64,000 nucleotides of DNA, from the NCBI GenBank assembly GCA_042570925.1, contig JBHPFX010000002.1, positions 10,930-74,929 of the forward strand, written 5' to 3'. How positions within the stretch are numbered: position 1 is the first letter of the stretch; every line of letters starts with the position of its first letter. Position numbers and translations under genes: made by a program. The stretch comes from Patescibacteria group bacterium (lineage in GTDB: Bacteria > Patescibacteriota > Patescibacteriia > UBA10025). The notes beneath the pieces are model-generated. The model saw only the letters and a list, made by a program, of their open reading frames with translations, did no database searches and had not been told where the DNA came from. Shown piece by piece: positions 1-8,709 of the stretch.

Positions 1-675
1 GTATTTGTATCATCTGGAGGTGTCCTGGATAAAGCGGATGTAAAATTTCTTGAGTCACATACAATCGCTAAGGCTATAGAGGTAAATAGATTTAATGTTC
101 AAAATTTAACTTCACCGGTAAAAATTAATTTACATGAATTCAAAATGGCAACTGTTATGGATTTATTTAATGATTTTGAATTATTAATAACCGTATTAGG
201 GTTTAATATTTTTGAACCATTAAAAGAGGATGTCCCGAGCATAGCTAGTAAAAAAGGGGAAATGGAAAAGAAAGAAACAGACACTAGAGAATATGACACT
301 ATCATTGGTCCTTCAATAGGTAGTGGGCGAAAAAATGCCTTTGAAAAAGAGAATGCTTGGTGGGCAGTTAGAATAGGAAAAAATAATATTAAAAAATTAA
401 AATATGTTGGACTTTATGAAGCTGCTCCGGTAAGTGCAATTAGAGTTTATGCAAAAATTACGAAAATTGAACCCTATCATGATTCTCCTGGCAAATATAT
501 TATTCATCATGACGGGAATATACATAAATTAGAAAATCCTATTATTTTGGGGAATCATCCTGAATTAGCATTATTTGGACCACGTTATTATAAACTTGGA
601 GATATTATAAGTTCTAAAACAATGGCTGAATTAACAGATAAAGCATTTGGGACCAATTATCAGGAGAGTAAATAA
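1..675 (+). CDS. hypothetical protein, 5' end outside the window
   Basis: Frame 1 is open from nt 1 to TAA 673-675, so the ORF listed from ATG 145 is probably the C-terminal part of a longer protein. No family recognised. Confidence 0.45.
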   Translation, partial: VFVSSGGVLDKADVKFLESHTIAKAIEVNRFNVQNLTSPVKINLHEFKMATVMDLFNDFELLITVLGFNIFEPLKEDVPSIASKKGEMEKKETDTREYDTIIGPSIGSGRKNAFEKENAWWAVRIGKNNIKKLKYVGLYEAAPVSAIRVYAKITKIEPYHDSPGKYIIHHDGNIHKLENPIILGNHPELALFGPRYYKLGDIISSKTMAELTDKAFGTNYQESK

Positions 676-832
676 GGATAAGTATTTTTCTAGCCAATCA
701 TGAAATTTGGGTTGATTTTTTGCTGCATTAAGCGTAAAGTAAGAGCATACTTTTATTAATGCGTGATGTTTATTAATAACCCGTAAATATAAGGAGGCGG
801 GTTTATTTATTTAATAATTAATTAGAAAAACT

Positions 833-1498
833 ATGAAAAAAGTAATGATAACAGGTTTGGTAGTAATTTGCGCGTTGTTTATTACTACAACAAGCGTGAA
901 AGGGTTACAACTTGTTGCAGAAACACTGGATCTCGAAACAGTGTGGAATAATGAAGTTGTACTAAGAGGCGGTAATCCTTTCACGGCCCTTTGGCAAGCC
1001 CTGGCTAATCTGCAGGAGCAAATTGATAACATCCAGCTCATCCCCGGACCAGAGGGACCTCAAGGCCCCCAAGGTGAGACAGGCCCCCAGGGTCCAGCAG
1101 GGGAAGGGTGGGATGAAGAGCGCTTTGTGGCATTAGAAGCTCGAGTTGAATACCTTGAAAGCCTTCACGCCTCAATTCCTCCTAATGTCATTCTTTGGGA
1201 TAATTATCATCCAACCACTGATCTTACAACAGGTGAAATATTAAATATAAAGGATTATTCAAATGCACAGCTTGAATTTGATTGGCAGGGTACACCAGCT
1301 GGGCATACTTGCCAGTATGCGTATACATATTACGACAATAATCAGGTTGAAACATATTACAGCACTTTTCTTTATCTAGATGGCGGTTGCCAAGGAACAG
1401 CAAATATTTCTATACCCGAAGACGTTGTTTTCATGAGGATTGATGCATGGACACCAGCCTGGGGAACACTAAATGGTGTTTTGCATTTGTTTGAGTAA
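833..1498 (+). CDS. secreted protein with a short collagen-like Gly-X-Y repeat
   Basis: N-terminal hydrophobic signal/anchor (MKKVMITGLVVICALFITTTSV). Seven consecutive GXY triplets (GPEGPQGPQGETGPQGPAGEG), then a Cys/Trp/Tyr-rich C-terminal domain. Confidence 0.6.
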   Translation: MKKVMITGLVVICALFITTTSVKGLQLVAETLDLETVWNNEVVLRGGNPFTALWQALANLQEQIDNIQLIPGPEGPQGPQGETGPQGPAGEGWDEERFVALEARVEYLESLHASIPPNVILWDNYHPTTDLTTGEILNIKDYSNAQLEFDWQGTPAGHTCQYAYTYYDNNQVETYYSTFLYLDGGCQGTANISIPEDVVFMRIDAWTPAWGTLNGVLHLFE

Positions 1499-1521
1499 TA
1501 TTAACCTATAACTAAAAAACG

Positions 1522-1551
1522 CTCGAGCTGTAAATTGCTCGGGTGTTTTTT
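1522..1551 (+). terminator. intrinsic terminator after the collagen-like gene
   Basis: CTCGAGC (1522-1528) pairs with GCTCGGG (1537-1543, one G-U), followed by a T-run at 1546-1551. Confidence 0.5.
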
Positions 1552-1659
1552 AATACTAAATGTTAGTAGATTAGTTTTTTTGTTGCGGAATGCAAATTTT
1601 TCAGCTTGACTTTTTTTGGAAAATAACATATTATAAAAGTGTCTTTAACAACCTAACAT

Positions 1660-1766
1660 AATTATCAAGAGTGCAGCGAGGGAACTAGCCCCACAACCTG
1701 CCGGCAACCCTAAGGCAATCCACTTAGAAGGTGCCAATTCTAGCCCGAAAAGGGAAAAGATAAAGG
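1660..1766 (+). promoter_or_regulatory. SAM-I (S-box) riboswitch aptamer
   Basis: Collinear match to S-box core elements: TTATCAAGAG...GAGGGA.CTAGCCC...CC.GGCAACC...AAGGTGCCAATTC.AGC...AGATAA. The P1 halves TTATC/GATAA are at 1662-1666 and 1759-1763. Confidence 0.85.
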
Positions 1767-1793
1767 TCGATTTTTTATTTGTGAAAATAAAAG

Positions 1794-1824
1794 AATCTTT
1801 CTTTTTCCGGGAAAGATTGTTTTA
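1794..1824 (+). terminator. putative riboswitch expression-platform terminator
   Basis: AATCTTTC (1794-1801) pairs with GAAAGATT (1811-1818), followed by GTTTTAT. It lies between the aptamer and ATG 1842. Confidence 0.5.
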
Positions 1825-1841
1825 TCATTAACATTAAAATT

Positions 1842-2252
1842 ATGGGCATTGATGAGTTTAATAAAAAACGTAGTTTTTTTAGCTTTATTCCCGAGCATCT
1901 GCAAATTCAAAACAAACCGGAATTTGACGACTTTCCCTTGAGAGTCATGTTTATGAAATTCAAAATGCAAAACGGAAAAACCATCAGCGGCACGGCACTG
2001 TATGATCCTGATTTGTTATCATACAAACAAGCAGGGGACAAAAGATCAATGGAGTACCGCAATATATATGGCGGTGACGGTCGGCTGATTATTGAATATA
2101 ATATCCTGAAAAAATCATACTATGGTGAAAAATTTGTCAACGGCAAATCTGTTTTGAAAGCGATGGGCCCGAACTGGAAAATATTTTTTATTCACCTGAC
2201 CATGGCGGGGTTAACAAAAGGGGAGCGCTGTATGTTTGAGCAGGTTTTATAA
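1842..2252 (+). CDS. hypothetical protein downstream of the SAM-I riboswitch
   Basis: 136-aa ORF, soluble-looking, no motif recognised. First ORF after the riboswitch and terminator. Confidence 0.55.
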   Translation: MGIDEFNKKRSFFSFIPEHLQIQNKPEFDDFPLRVMFMKFKMQNGKTISGTALYDPDLLSYKQAGDKRSMEYRNIYGGDGRLIIEYNILKKSYYGEKFVNGKSVLKAMGPNWKIFFIHLTMAGLTKGERCMFEQVL

Positions 2253-2287
2253 TTTTTCTTAAAATCCAATTATTTATTGGGGCCTGC

Positions 2288-2327
2288 TTCCACACCAATG
2301 TATATTGGTGTGTGGAGTTGATTTTAT
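2288..2327 (+). terminator. intrinsic terminator
   Basis: CCACACCAAT (2290-2299) pairs with ATTGGTGTGTGG (2304-2315, 2-nt bulge), followed by a T-rich tract. Confidence 0.55.
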
Positions 2328-2381
2328 TGAGTGAAAGTGGGATGATGGGGGTACATGAATGACAATTATGTACACTAAACT

Positions 2382-2882
2382 ATGATAAATAAACAAACTA
2401 AGATTAATACAAAGGATGCGACAAATCGTAGAGCCACATACAACATCACTGGCGTAGCAGGAGAGTATTTTATTGCAGCTGAACTTTCAAGACGGGGATG
2501 GATCGCAACTATGACGTTAAAGAATACTCCAAATATAGACGTAATTGCAACCACTCCTGATGGAGCTAGAACTCTAAATGTCCAAGTTAAAACTAGATCA
2601 GTTGGAAATAGGCAAGGATGGATTTTAAATAAGGGAATAGAGACTATAGTGCCCGGTAATAATTTTTTTATTGCTTTTGTTGATTTAAAAGGAAAAAATG
2701 AAAGGCCAGATTATTTTTTAATTCCAAAAAATTTGTTTGCAAAATGGATGGCAAAACAACATCAAGAATGGTTAGCCACACCAGGACGTCAAGGACGTCC
2801 ACACGTAGACAATCCTATTAGAGCGTTTGATAAGCCACAGTTTGGCGAATTCGATAAATATCATAATAATTGGGATATTTAA
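2382..2882 (+). CDS. small PD-(D/E)XK-like nuclease-fold protein (DUF4365-like)
   Basis: GEYFIAAELSRRGW ... NIDVIATTPDG ... LNVQVKTRS fits a D...(E/Q)xK nuclease core. The stop lies 10 nt before the next gene's ATG. Confidence 0.45.
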   Translation: MINKQTKINTKDATNRRATYNITGVAGEYFIAAELSRRGWIATMTLKNTPNIDVIATTPDGARTLNVQVKTRSVGNRQGWILNKGIETIVPGNNFFIAFVDLKGKNERPDYFLIPKNLFAKWMAKQHQEWLATPGRQGRPHVDNPIRAFDKPQFGEFDKYHNNWDI

Positions 2883-2892
2883 CACAAAAAAC

Positions 2893-4065
2893 ATGACAAA
2901 AAGAATAAAGAGAGTCTGGCATAAAGAGTTTCTAAAATATATGAATTTTATAGTCAAACACTCTAATTACGAAGGAATGCCTGAGCCATATAAGAAAGAT
3001 GGTGACATACGATGGGTAACTACCGTAAAAAGTAAAATTGGACAACAAAGATTAGAATGGTGGGATAAAAAACGTAAGTCATTAGAAATGGAGAAAGGTA
3101 ATGCTTGGATTTCTAAAGTCGCTAGGGCCATTCACCCAACTGGTGAAAAACCTTGTCAAATTTGCGGAAAAACTAAAAGTCTTGATTATATTTATCCAAA
3201 TAAAAGAGGTGGAAAAAGTCCTGGAGCAATGAGTGACGCCCCGGATCGTTATGATGGGTATCATACATATAACAGCTGTTGTAGATCCACACAAGATACT
3301 GGTAGACATAAAGATAATTTAAATCGTTACGGAGAAGATAGGAGGGCGTACGAAAACTGGTCCGACGGAGACTGGAAGGCTGCTAGTTGGTTGATGAAAG
3401 AATTTAATAAGCACAATTTAAGTCCTGATCATATTGGACCAATATCACTTGGCTTTGCTCATAGACCAAAATTTAATCCACTTACGGCAGCAGCTAACTC
3501 GGCAAAAAATAATCGAATGACCTTACAGGATGTTCGGACTCTTATAAATGATGAAAAAAATGGTGAAGCTGTTGTATCTTGGCACTCAAAATATATTTGG
3601 GATAAATTAAAGTATTTAGTAAAAACAGATGTGGATGCGCTAAAGTTGAGTAAAATAATGAGAGAAAATTTGCATTACGTACTAATAACACTTTCAACAA
3701 TATCAGCTGCTGGTTACAACGACTTTCTTGTTAAAACTTTTCTTCATCCTGAATATGCATATTATTTACCTAGAATTATTGGATTTGATCCGAAAAACGG
3801 TACGTATGCAAAGCTAAAGAAAGTTAAAGGTGCTAAAAAACAGTATAAGAACAATGCAAAAAGGTATATCAGAATATCCATTGAGTCACTTAAGCACTAC
3901 AAAGAAAAAAATAATAGAAAAATTAAAATAATGAAATCAAAAGAATATTCGAACGAACTTGATAAAACTATAAGCTCACTCAATAATAAAGATAATAGTC
4001 TAGCAGAAAGACATTTAAAAAACTCGTTAGAGTATTTAGCCGAAGAGTTATTAAAAAGATTTTAA
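2893..4065 (+). CDS. putative restriction endonuclease with an HNH (beta-beta-alpha-Me)-like motif
   Basis: CQICGK and CC Cys pairs. SPDHIGPISLGFAHRPKFNPLTAAANSAKNNRMT reads as an H-N-N motif. Converges on two DNA MTase genes, and the stop codons overlap at 4062-4065. ATG 2893 chosen over 2827 to avoid overlapping the upstream gene. Confidence 0.55.
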   Translation: MTKRIKRVWHKEFLKYMNFIVKHSNYEGMPEPYKKDGDIRWVTTVKSKIGQQRLEWWDKKRKSLEMEKGNAWISKVARAIHPTGEKPCQICGKTKSLDYIYPNKRGGKSPGAMSDAPDRYDGYHTYNSCCRSTQDTGRHKDNLNRYGEDRRAYENWSDGDWKAASWLMKEFNKHNLSPDHIGPISLGFAHRPKFNPLTAAANSAKNNRMTLQDVRTLINDEKNGEAVVSWHSKYIWDKLKYLVKTDVDALKLSKIMRENLHYVLITLSTISAAGYNDFLVKTFLHPEYAYYLPRIIGFDPKNGTYAKLKKVKGAKKQYKNNAKRYIRISIESLKHYKEKNNRKIKIMKSKEYSNELDKTISSLNNKDNSLAERHLKNSLEYLAEELLKRF

Positions 4066-5177
4066 TTTGTAGAGTAGAGTTTAGGTGAGATTGTACCAGC
4101 AAGAAATTCCTGATATCTGTTTTTTGGTTTAAGCTTAACTTTCCTTACATTAATACCTCCGTTGACCTTAATTGATGGCAGGTTTCCTATAGCAGTTTTT
4201 ACACTAGAAAAGTTATTTTCATCACGTATAATTGGCTCAGGAAAGCATTTTTCTGGGTCACCTTTAAGTACGCCAATCATAATCACTCTTTTTCTTTTTT
4301 GTGGAACCCCAAATTGAGCTGTATTCATCTTTTTACCTAGTAATCTATAGCCAAGATCAGAAAAATTATCTTTTATATTTTTATAAGTATTTCCATTATC
4401 ACTTGTTAATACTCCTTCAACATTTTCTATCAAAATTGCCCTGGGTTTAGTCTTTTTCACTATATAAACAAATTCTTTATAGAGAAAATTTCTTGGGTCA
4501 TCAATAAGACGCTTTCCAGCATGAGAAAATCCTTGGCATGGCGGTCCACCTATTACAATGTCAATTTTCTTTTTTCTTATAGTGTTTAATAATACTTTTT
4601 TTATTTGTTTCGTTGTAATATCTCCTTCCAGAAAAAGAGTTTTCTTGTGGTTACGTCTATAAGTTTCGCAGGCAGCTGGAAAATTATCATTGGCTGCTAT
4701 TATTTTATAACCAGCCCACTTGAACCCTAAGCTTAAGCCCCCGGAACCACAAAACAAGTCTAGTACATTATTAGTGTTTGTGACCTTTTTGATCTCCTTA
4801 GCTATATGATAAGCAAGCAATGGCGGGACAGCATTTCCGATTTGTTTAGGTAAGGATGTTTTTGATCCATAGAAAAAATAGTTATCTGGAAATGATTGTA
4901 ATCGTGCAGCTTCTCTAGCACTTATGACTCTATTATCTTTAGGATGAATATATGAGCCATTACCCGGTCTGTTAAAATAAGTGGTTATTGTGTAACTGGG
5001 TTTTGACCACATAAGTCTACCGTATAAAGTGGTTCTGCCGCCATTTTTTCTAATCTGCTCAAGTCTTTTGGAGGGAATACTTTTAGGAATATTTTTCCAG
5101 TTTCCTCCTTCTGGTATCGACTTAACCATTTTTAAGTCATTTGAACTGAGAGAGTACGTTACATGGTTATAAAGCAT
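4062..5177 (-). CDS. DNA (cytosine-5) methyltransferase, circularly permuted motif order
   Basis: N to C order: motif IX (RVISAREAARLQSFPDNY), X (QIGNAVPPLL), I (DLFCGSGGLSLGF), IV (GGPPCQGFSHAGKR), VI (ILIENVEG), VIII (QFGVPQKRKRVIMIG). Confidence 0.85.
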   Translation of the reverse strand: MLYNHVTYSLSSNDLKMVKSIPEGGNWKNIPKSIPSKRLEQIRKNGGRTTLYGRLMWSKPSYTITTYFNRPGNGSYIHPKDNRVISAREAARLQSFPDNYFFYGSKTSLPKQIGNAVPPLLAYHIAKEIKKVTNTNNVLDLFCGSGGLSLGFKWAGYKIIAANDNFPAACETYRRNHKKTLFLEGDITTKQIKKVLLNTIRKKKIDIVIGGPPCQGFSHAGKRLIDDPRNFLYKEFVYIVKKTKPRAILIENVEGVLTSDNGNTYKNIKDNFSDLGYRLLGKKMNTAQFGVPQKRKRVIMIGVLKGDPEKCFPEPIIRDENNFSSVKTAIGNLPSIKVNGGINVRKVKLKPKNRYQEFLAGTISPKLYSTN

Positions 5178-7692
5178 AGTTTTGTGTTTGTTTGATTATA
5201 TAGGTGATTAATTCATTTTGTTTATACTTACTAAAAACATGTTTTATCTCATTTTTTGAAATGTTATATATCTTAAATACTAAAATATTTAACTTACTTA
5301 ATCTTTTGATGTCCGTACTATTAATATTTTTAACTAATTGACAAATATATTCAATATTTTTTTTGTTTGTATGAGCAATCGGGAGATCGTTAAGTTCATA
5401 ATTACTAATATGATTATTAGAGTTAGTCAGATTAAACCTCCAATCAAGTAAGTATGAGTTTAAAAGTCCTAATAGATAATCTAACTTGATATCATCGCCA
5501 ATTTGTAGTTTATTCTCTTTTGAAATAAAATTACATGAGTTGCCTAAAATAAATCCTTTCGGGACTTTTACAAATTTTAATCTTTTATCTGAATTTATAT
5601 TTGAAATTTGTTGACAAACTAATCGCTCCTGTTTAATGTATTGACTTTTACTGCTTAATTTTGCAATAAATTCCTCCTTAATAAATTTGTTACTCTTACT
5701 AAAGTTGAACTCATTAATATTTATTCCCTTTAAAAGCGGATATGAGGTAGCTTCATTTGTTACATATTTTTTATCTAGAGTTAAATCAAGTTCACCGCGT
5801 AAATTATTTATTGATAGAAGTTGTTTAATTTTATTATGTTTGGAGATTTTATTTAATATTTTCCAGCCTATGCTATTTTCAGCAATTATTGGAATTGTTG
5901 ATGAAATATTTATTAAATCATTTATATTGATGTCAATTTTATCATTATGAATTTTATTAATACTATCAACATCATTTACAACTGAGAAATTATCTCCAGA
6001 ATAACTTTTATTAATTCCAAAAAAGCAAAAAGATTGAGTTATGTCAGGAAAGAACTTGTTTTTTTCTGGAATTATATATATATTACTAATTTTGTAGTTA
6101 TAAAAAATTCTCTTCCGAAGTTTTTCGCTTTGAAGGTCGTTTAATAATGTTATTGGAATTAGTAGTCCAATACGACTGTCATCATGTGAGTAGTTTTCAA
6201 TAATTTCTTCTACAAATAGCTTATAATAATTTAAAGTACCTTGGTTATATTTATAGAAATTATTATTTTTAATAAATTGAATAATATTTTTTATTTGTTC
6301 ATGATATCCATTATTTGTTTTTTTGCCATATTTATCACCGTTTGCTTTTAATAGTTTATATGGTGGATTTGTTATAATAATGTCAAATCCATCTTTTACA
6401 TTAAATATATTTCGTGGGTCAATTTTTATTATTTGCGATCCATTGATGTCGAATAATAAATCACCAATGTAATAATTATTATCAACAAGTTTGATTTGAT
6501 AATTATATTTCCTGTAAATATACTTTTTTAAAATGATTTTTAATAATTCTATTGCTTCATCGTCAATGTCGGCACAGTAAATGTTATTCAGCACTTTTTG
6601 GAGATCATGTTGAGAGCAATTCTTATTTATTTTAAACAAATAATCGATATATGCAATTATAAAGATACCGTTTCCTGCACAGGGCTCAAGAAACTTCTTT
6701 TCAAGCAGCTGTTTGAAAGTAAGACCCTGAAGAGATTCAATGATTATTTGCTCTGCAATTTGATAGTCGGTGTAGTAAATACCAAAATGTTTTCTTTCAT
6801 TTGTGTTATAAAGTTTCTTTTTTTCTTTTTCTTTTTGATGGGTTATACCAATAAGTTGAATTAGCTTAATTAAATCAACATGATTATTATTGCTAATTGA
6901 TTTATATATATAATCTTCAAGAGTATTGTTGATCTGGAGTGGCTTTGAAAAGAATGAAAATAAAATATCTAACAGTTGTTGTTTAGAAATACTCTTTAAA
7001 TTAATATTATTATAGATATCAATTAATAGAATATTTTTTGAAATACTAAACCTTTTATTAAGTAATTGATGTTGATTATTTGCTGTCTTATTGTCAAAAT
7101 TCCTAATAATCTTTACTACTAAACCTCTTATTTCAACTTCGTTTCTATAAATTGGCAAAAATGTAGGATTAGCTGGTTGAAGTCTAAATCTATTACCTTC
7201 TCGATACAATTTTTTGAGAGTTGCTTCATTATCATCAATAATTGCGACAACAGTTTGTCCATTATCTGCAATTTTCTGTTGACGGATAATTACAATATCT
7301 CCATCAAAAATTCCTTCTTTTATCATGCTATCGCCTTTAACTCTAAGCGCATAATGATTTCTTAATAAGTTAATTTCTTCTTTAGGAATTGATACGCTAG
7401 AATCGGGTATCTCTATAGCCTCAATTGGTTCTCCGGCAGCTATCGTCCCTTTGATTGCAATTTCTATTAAGTTACTGCCACTTTTGCTTAGCTCAACTCC
7501 TCTTGCTGAATGATTATTTCTAGTCAGAAATCCTTTCGACAATAAAGCTTCAATATGCTGATGTACAGTTGATGGCGCAGATAACTTAAAATGACGGCGT
7601 ATTTCCTCAAAGGTAGGGGAGTAGCCGTTTTCGCTTATGTATTTAGTAAGATAATCGAGTATTTGCTTTTGTCTCTTGGTGGGCGTAGCCAT
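5167..7692 (-). CDS. LexA repressor (wHTH + S24 peptidase) fused to a gamma-class N6-adenine DNA methyltransferase
   Basis: LexA part: wHTH, IAAGEPIEA cleavage context, GDSM Ser and TLKKL Lys. MTase part: LEPCAGNGIF (motif I), IIITNPPY (motif IV) and a TaqI-like C-terminal region (LLGLLNSYLLDWRF). One uninterrupted ORF. ATG 7692 (MATPTKRQ) preferred over 7776. Confidence 0.8.
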   Translation of the reverse strand: MATPTKRQKQILDYLTKYISENGYSPTFEEIRRHFKLSAPSTVHQHIEALLSKGFLTRNNHSARGVELSKSGSNLIEIAIKGTIAAGEPIEAIEIPDSSVSIPKEEINLLRNHYALRVKGDSMIKEGIFDGDIVIIRQQKIADNGQTVVAIIDDNEATLKKLYREGNRFRLQPANPTFLPIYRNEVEIRGLVVKIIRNFDNKTANNQHQLLNKRFSISKNILLIDIYNNINLKSISKQQLLDILFSFFSKPLQINNTLEDYIYKSISNNNHVDLIKLIQLIGITHQKEKEKKKLYNTNERKHFGIYYTDYQIAEQIIIESLQGLTFKQLLEKKFLEPCAGNGIFIIAYIDYLFKINKNCSQHDLQKVLNNIYCADIDDEAIELLKIILKKYIYRKYNYQIKLVDNNYYIGDLLFDINGSQIIKIDPRNIFNVKDGFDIIITNPPYKLLKANGDKYGKKTNNGYHEQIKNIIQFIKNNNFYKYNQGTLNYYKLFVEEIIENYSHDDSRIGLLIPITLLNDLQSEKLRKRIFYNYKISNIYIIPEKNKFFPDITQSFCFFGINKSYSGDNFSVVNDVDSINKIHNDKIDININDLINISSTIPIIAENSIGWKILNKISKHNKIKQLLSINNLRGELDLTLDKKYVTNEATSYPLLKGININEFNFSKSNKFIKEEFIAKLSSKSQYIKQERLVCQQISNINSDKRLKFVKVPKGFILGNSCNFISKENKLQIGDDIKLDYLLGLLNSYLLDWRFNLTNSNNHISNYELNDLPIAHTNKKNIEYICQLVKNINSTDIKRLSKLNILVFKIYNISKNEIKHVFSKYKQNELITYIIKQTQNYAL

Positions 7693-7800
7693 TATATATT
7701 GACAAACTTTAATGGTAATATTACACTTCCAGTATACCGAAAATCTACCGAAGTTGAAATAGGGAGTTATCCACAATATTTAAGATTAATAAATACTGCT

Positions 7801-8505
7801 GTGAGCAACGTTAATCGTACTTCCGGCGATCTAAAAAAAGAGCTAGTAGATCAGCTAGAACTATTAAAAAAATTAGTCGAACTATATGATAAGGGAACTA
7901 TTGTTGCCGCAAAGTCTATTGCGACTACTATTAGAGTACTTGTCCATGACACCACTAACTCACGTTCGCTAGCTGGGCAGTTAGACATGAAGAAGCTACC
8001 ATTTTTTGATACTATTGCTTTTCTTAGGGTTCCTTCAGGTCCAAATATAATCCGAGCCGGAAGTTTTGCAGGACTTTTATATCGTAGTAATAAGGGTCCT
8101 ACCCCAATGCTAGATAGAATTCCAAGAGGTGAAGCTAAATATGTTCCATTTAGTCACTTCTGGAATAGAGTCGTTTTTACAGATAATTATAGCGTCAACT
8201 TTACGCGAAGCGATGTTATACTTGATCTAGCTAATAAGGACGGTGGTGCCCATGTAGACCCAAAGTTAGATGAAAAGTATATCAACATAGCTCGAAAAAA
8301 TTCGATGGGGTGGTTTAGATCTTCCGATGGGAAAAGCTGGTTTGCGGAAGAAGGTGTTATCTATGCTACCGTACGTCAGATTGGCCATGAAATACTACGA
8401 TCATTTGTGCTAGACTATCCAAAAAAGCAGCCGGCGGTGGAACAGGGAATATTAATGAGCGGTCAGGGTATATATATTGAGGTAATAAAGTCCAGGAAGA
8501 AATAA
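7801..8505 (+). CDS. hypothetical protein, start uncertain
   Basis: The ORF is open from 7591, but that start overlaps the divergent LexA-MTase gene. In-frame GTG 7801 or TTG 7699 are alternatives. No family recognised. Confidence 0.4.
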   Translation: MSNVNRTSGDLKKELVDQLELLKKLVELYDKGTIVAAKSIATTIRVLVHDTTNSRSLAGQLDMKKLPFFDTIAFLRVPSGPNIIRAGSFAGLLYRSNKGPTPMLDRIPRGEAKYVPFSHFWNRVVFTDNYSVNFTRSDVILDLANKDGGAHVDPKLDEKYINIARKNSMGWFRSSDGKSWFAEEGVIYATVRQIGHEILRSFVLDYPKKQPAVEQGILMSGQGIYIEVIKSRKK

Positions 8506-8638
8506 CTCTTAGTTGCTTTTCTACCAGTAGCTTTCTCATGGGCTCATTTTCTTATCCCCCAAAAATTACCGCAATGTTTCACAACCTCAATCCCTCCAAA
8601 GTCTAAGAAAATTTACCCTAGTTTATAAATATTAAAAA

Positions 8639-8664
8639 CTCTTCTTTTCAGAAGAGGTTTTTTT
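8639..8664 (+). terminator. intrinsic terminator
   Basis: CTCTTCT (8639-8645) pairs with AGAAGAG (8650-8656), followed by a T-run at 8658-8664. Confidence 0.65.
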
Positions 8665-8709
8665 GAATTATAGCGTTTACAGGAAGAAGGATTCTGCACG
8701 AATGCCAAC

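Noticed and set aside
5167-7692. BREX PglX-type methyltransferase interpretation of the m6A MTase
   Set aside because: The Eco57I/TaqI_C-type architecture is shared with PglX. However, no other BREX genes (PglZ, BrxC, BrxL and others) are nearby, and the gene is flanked by an m5C MTase and a nuclease.
7591-7800. ATG 7591 as the start of the 304-aa ORF
   Set aside because: It would overlap the divergent LexA-MTase coding start by about 100 nt and run through its promoter region. A downstream GTG or TTG start is more plausible, though unproven.
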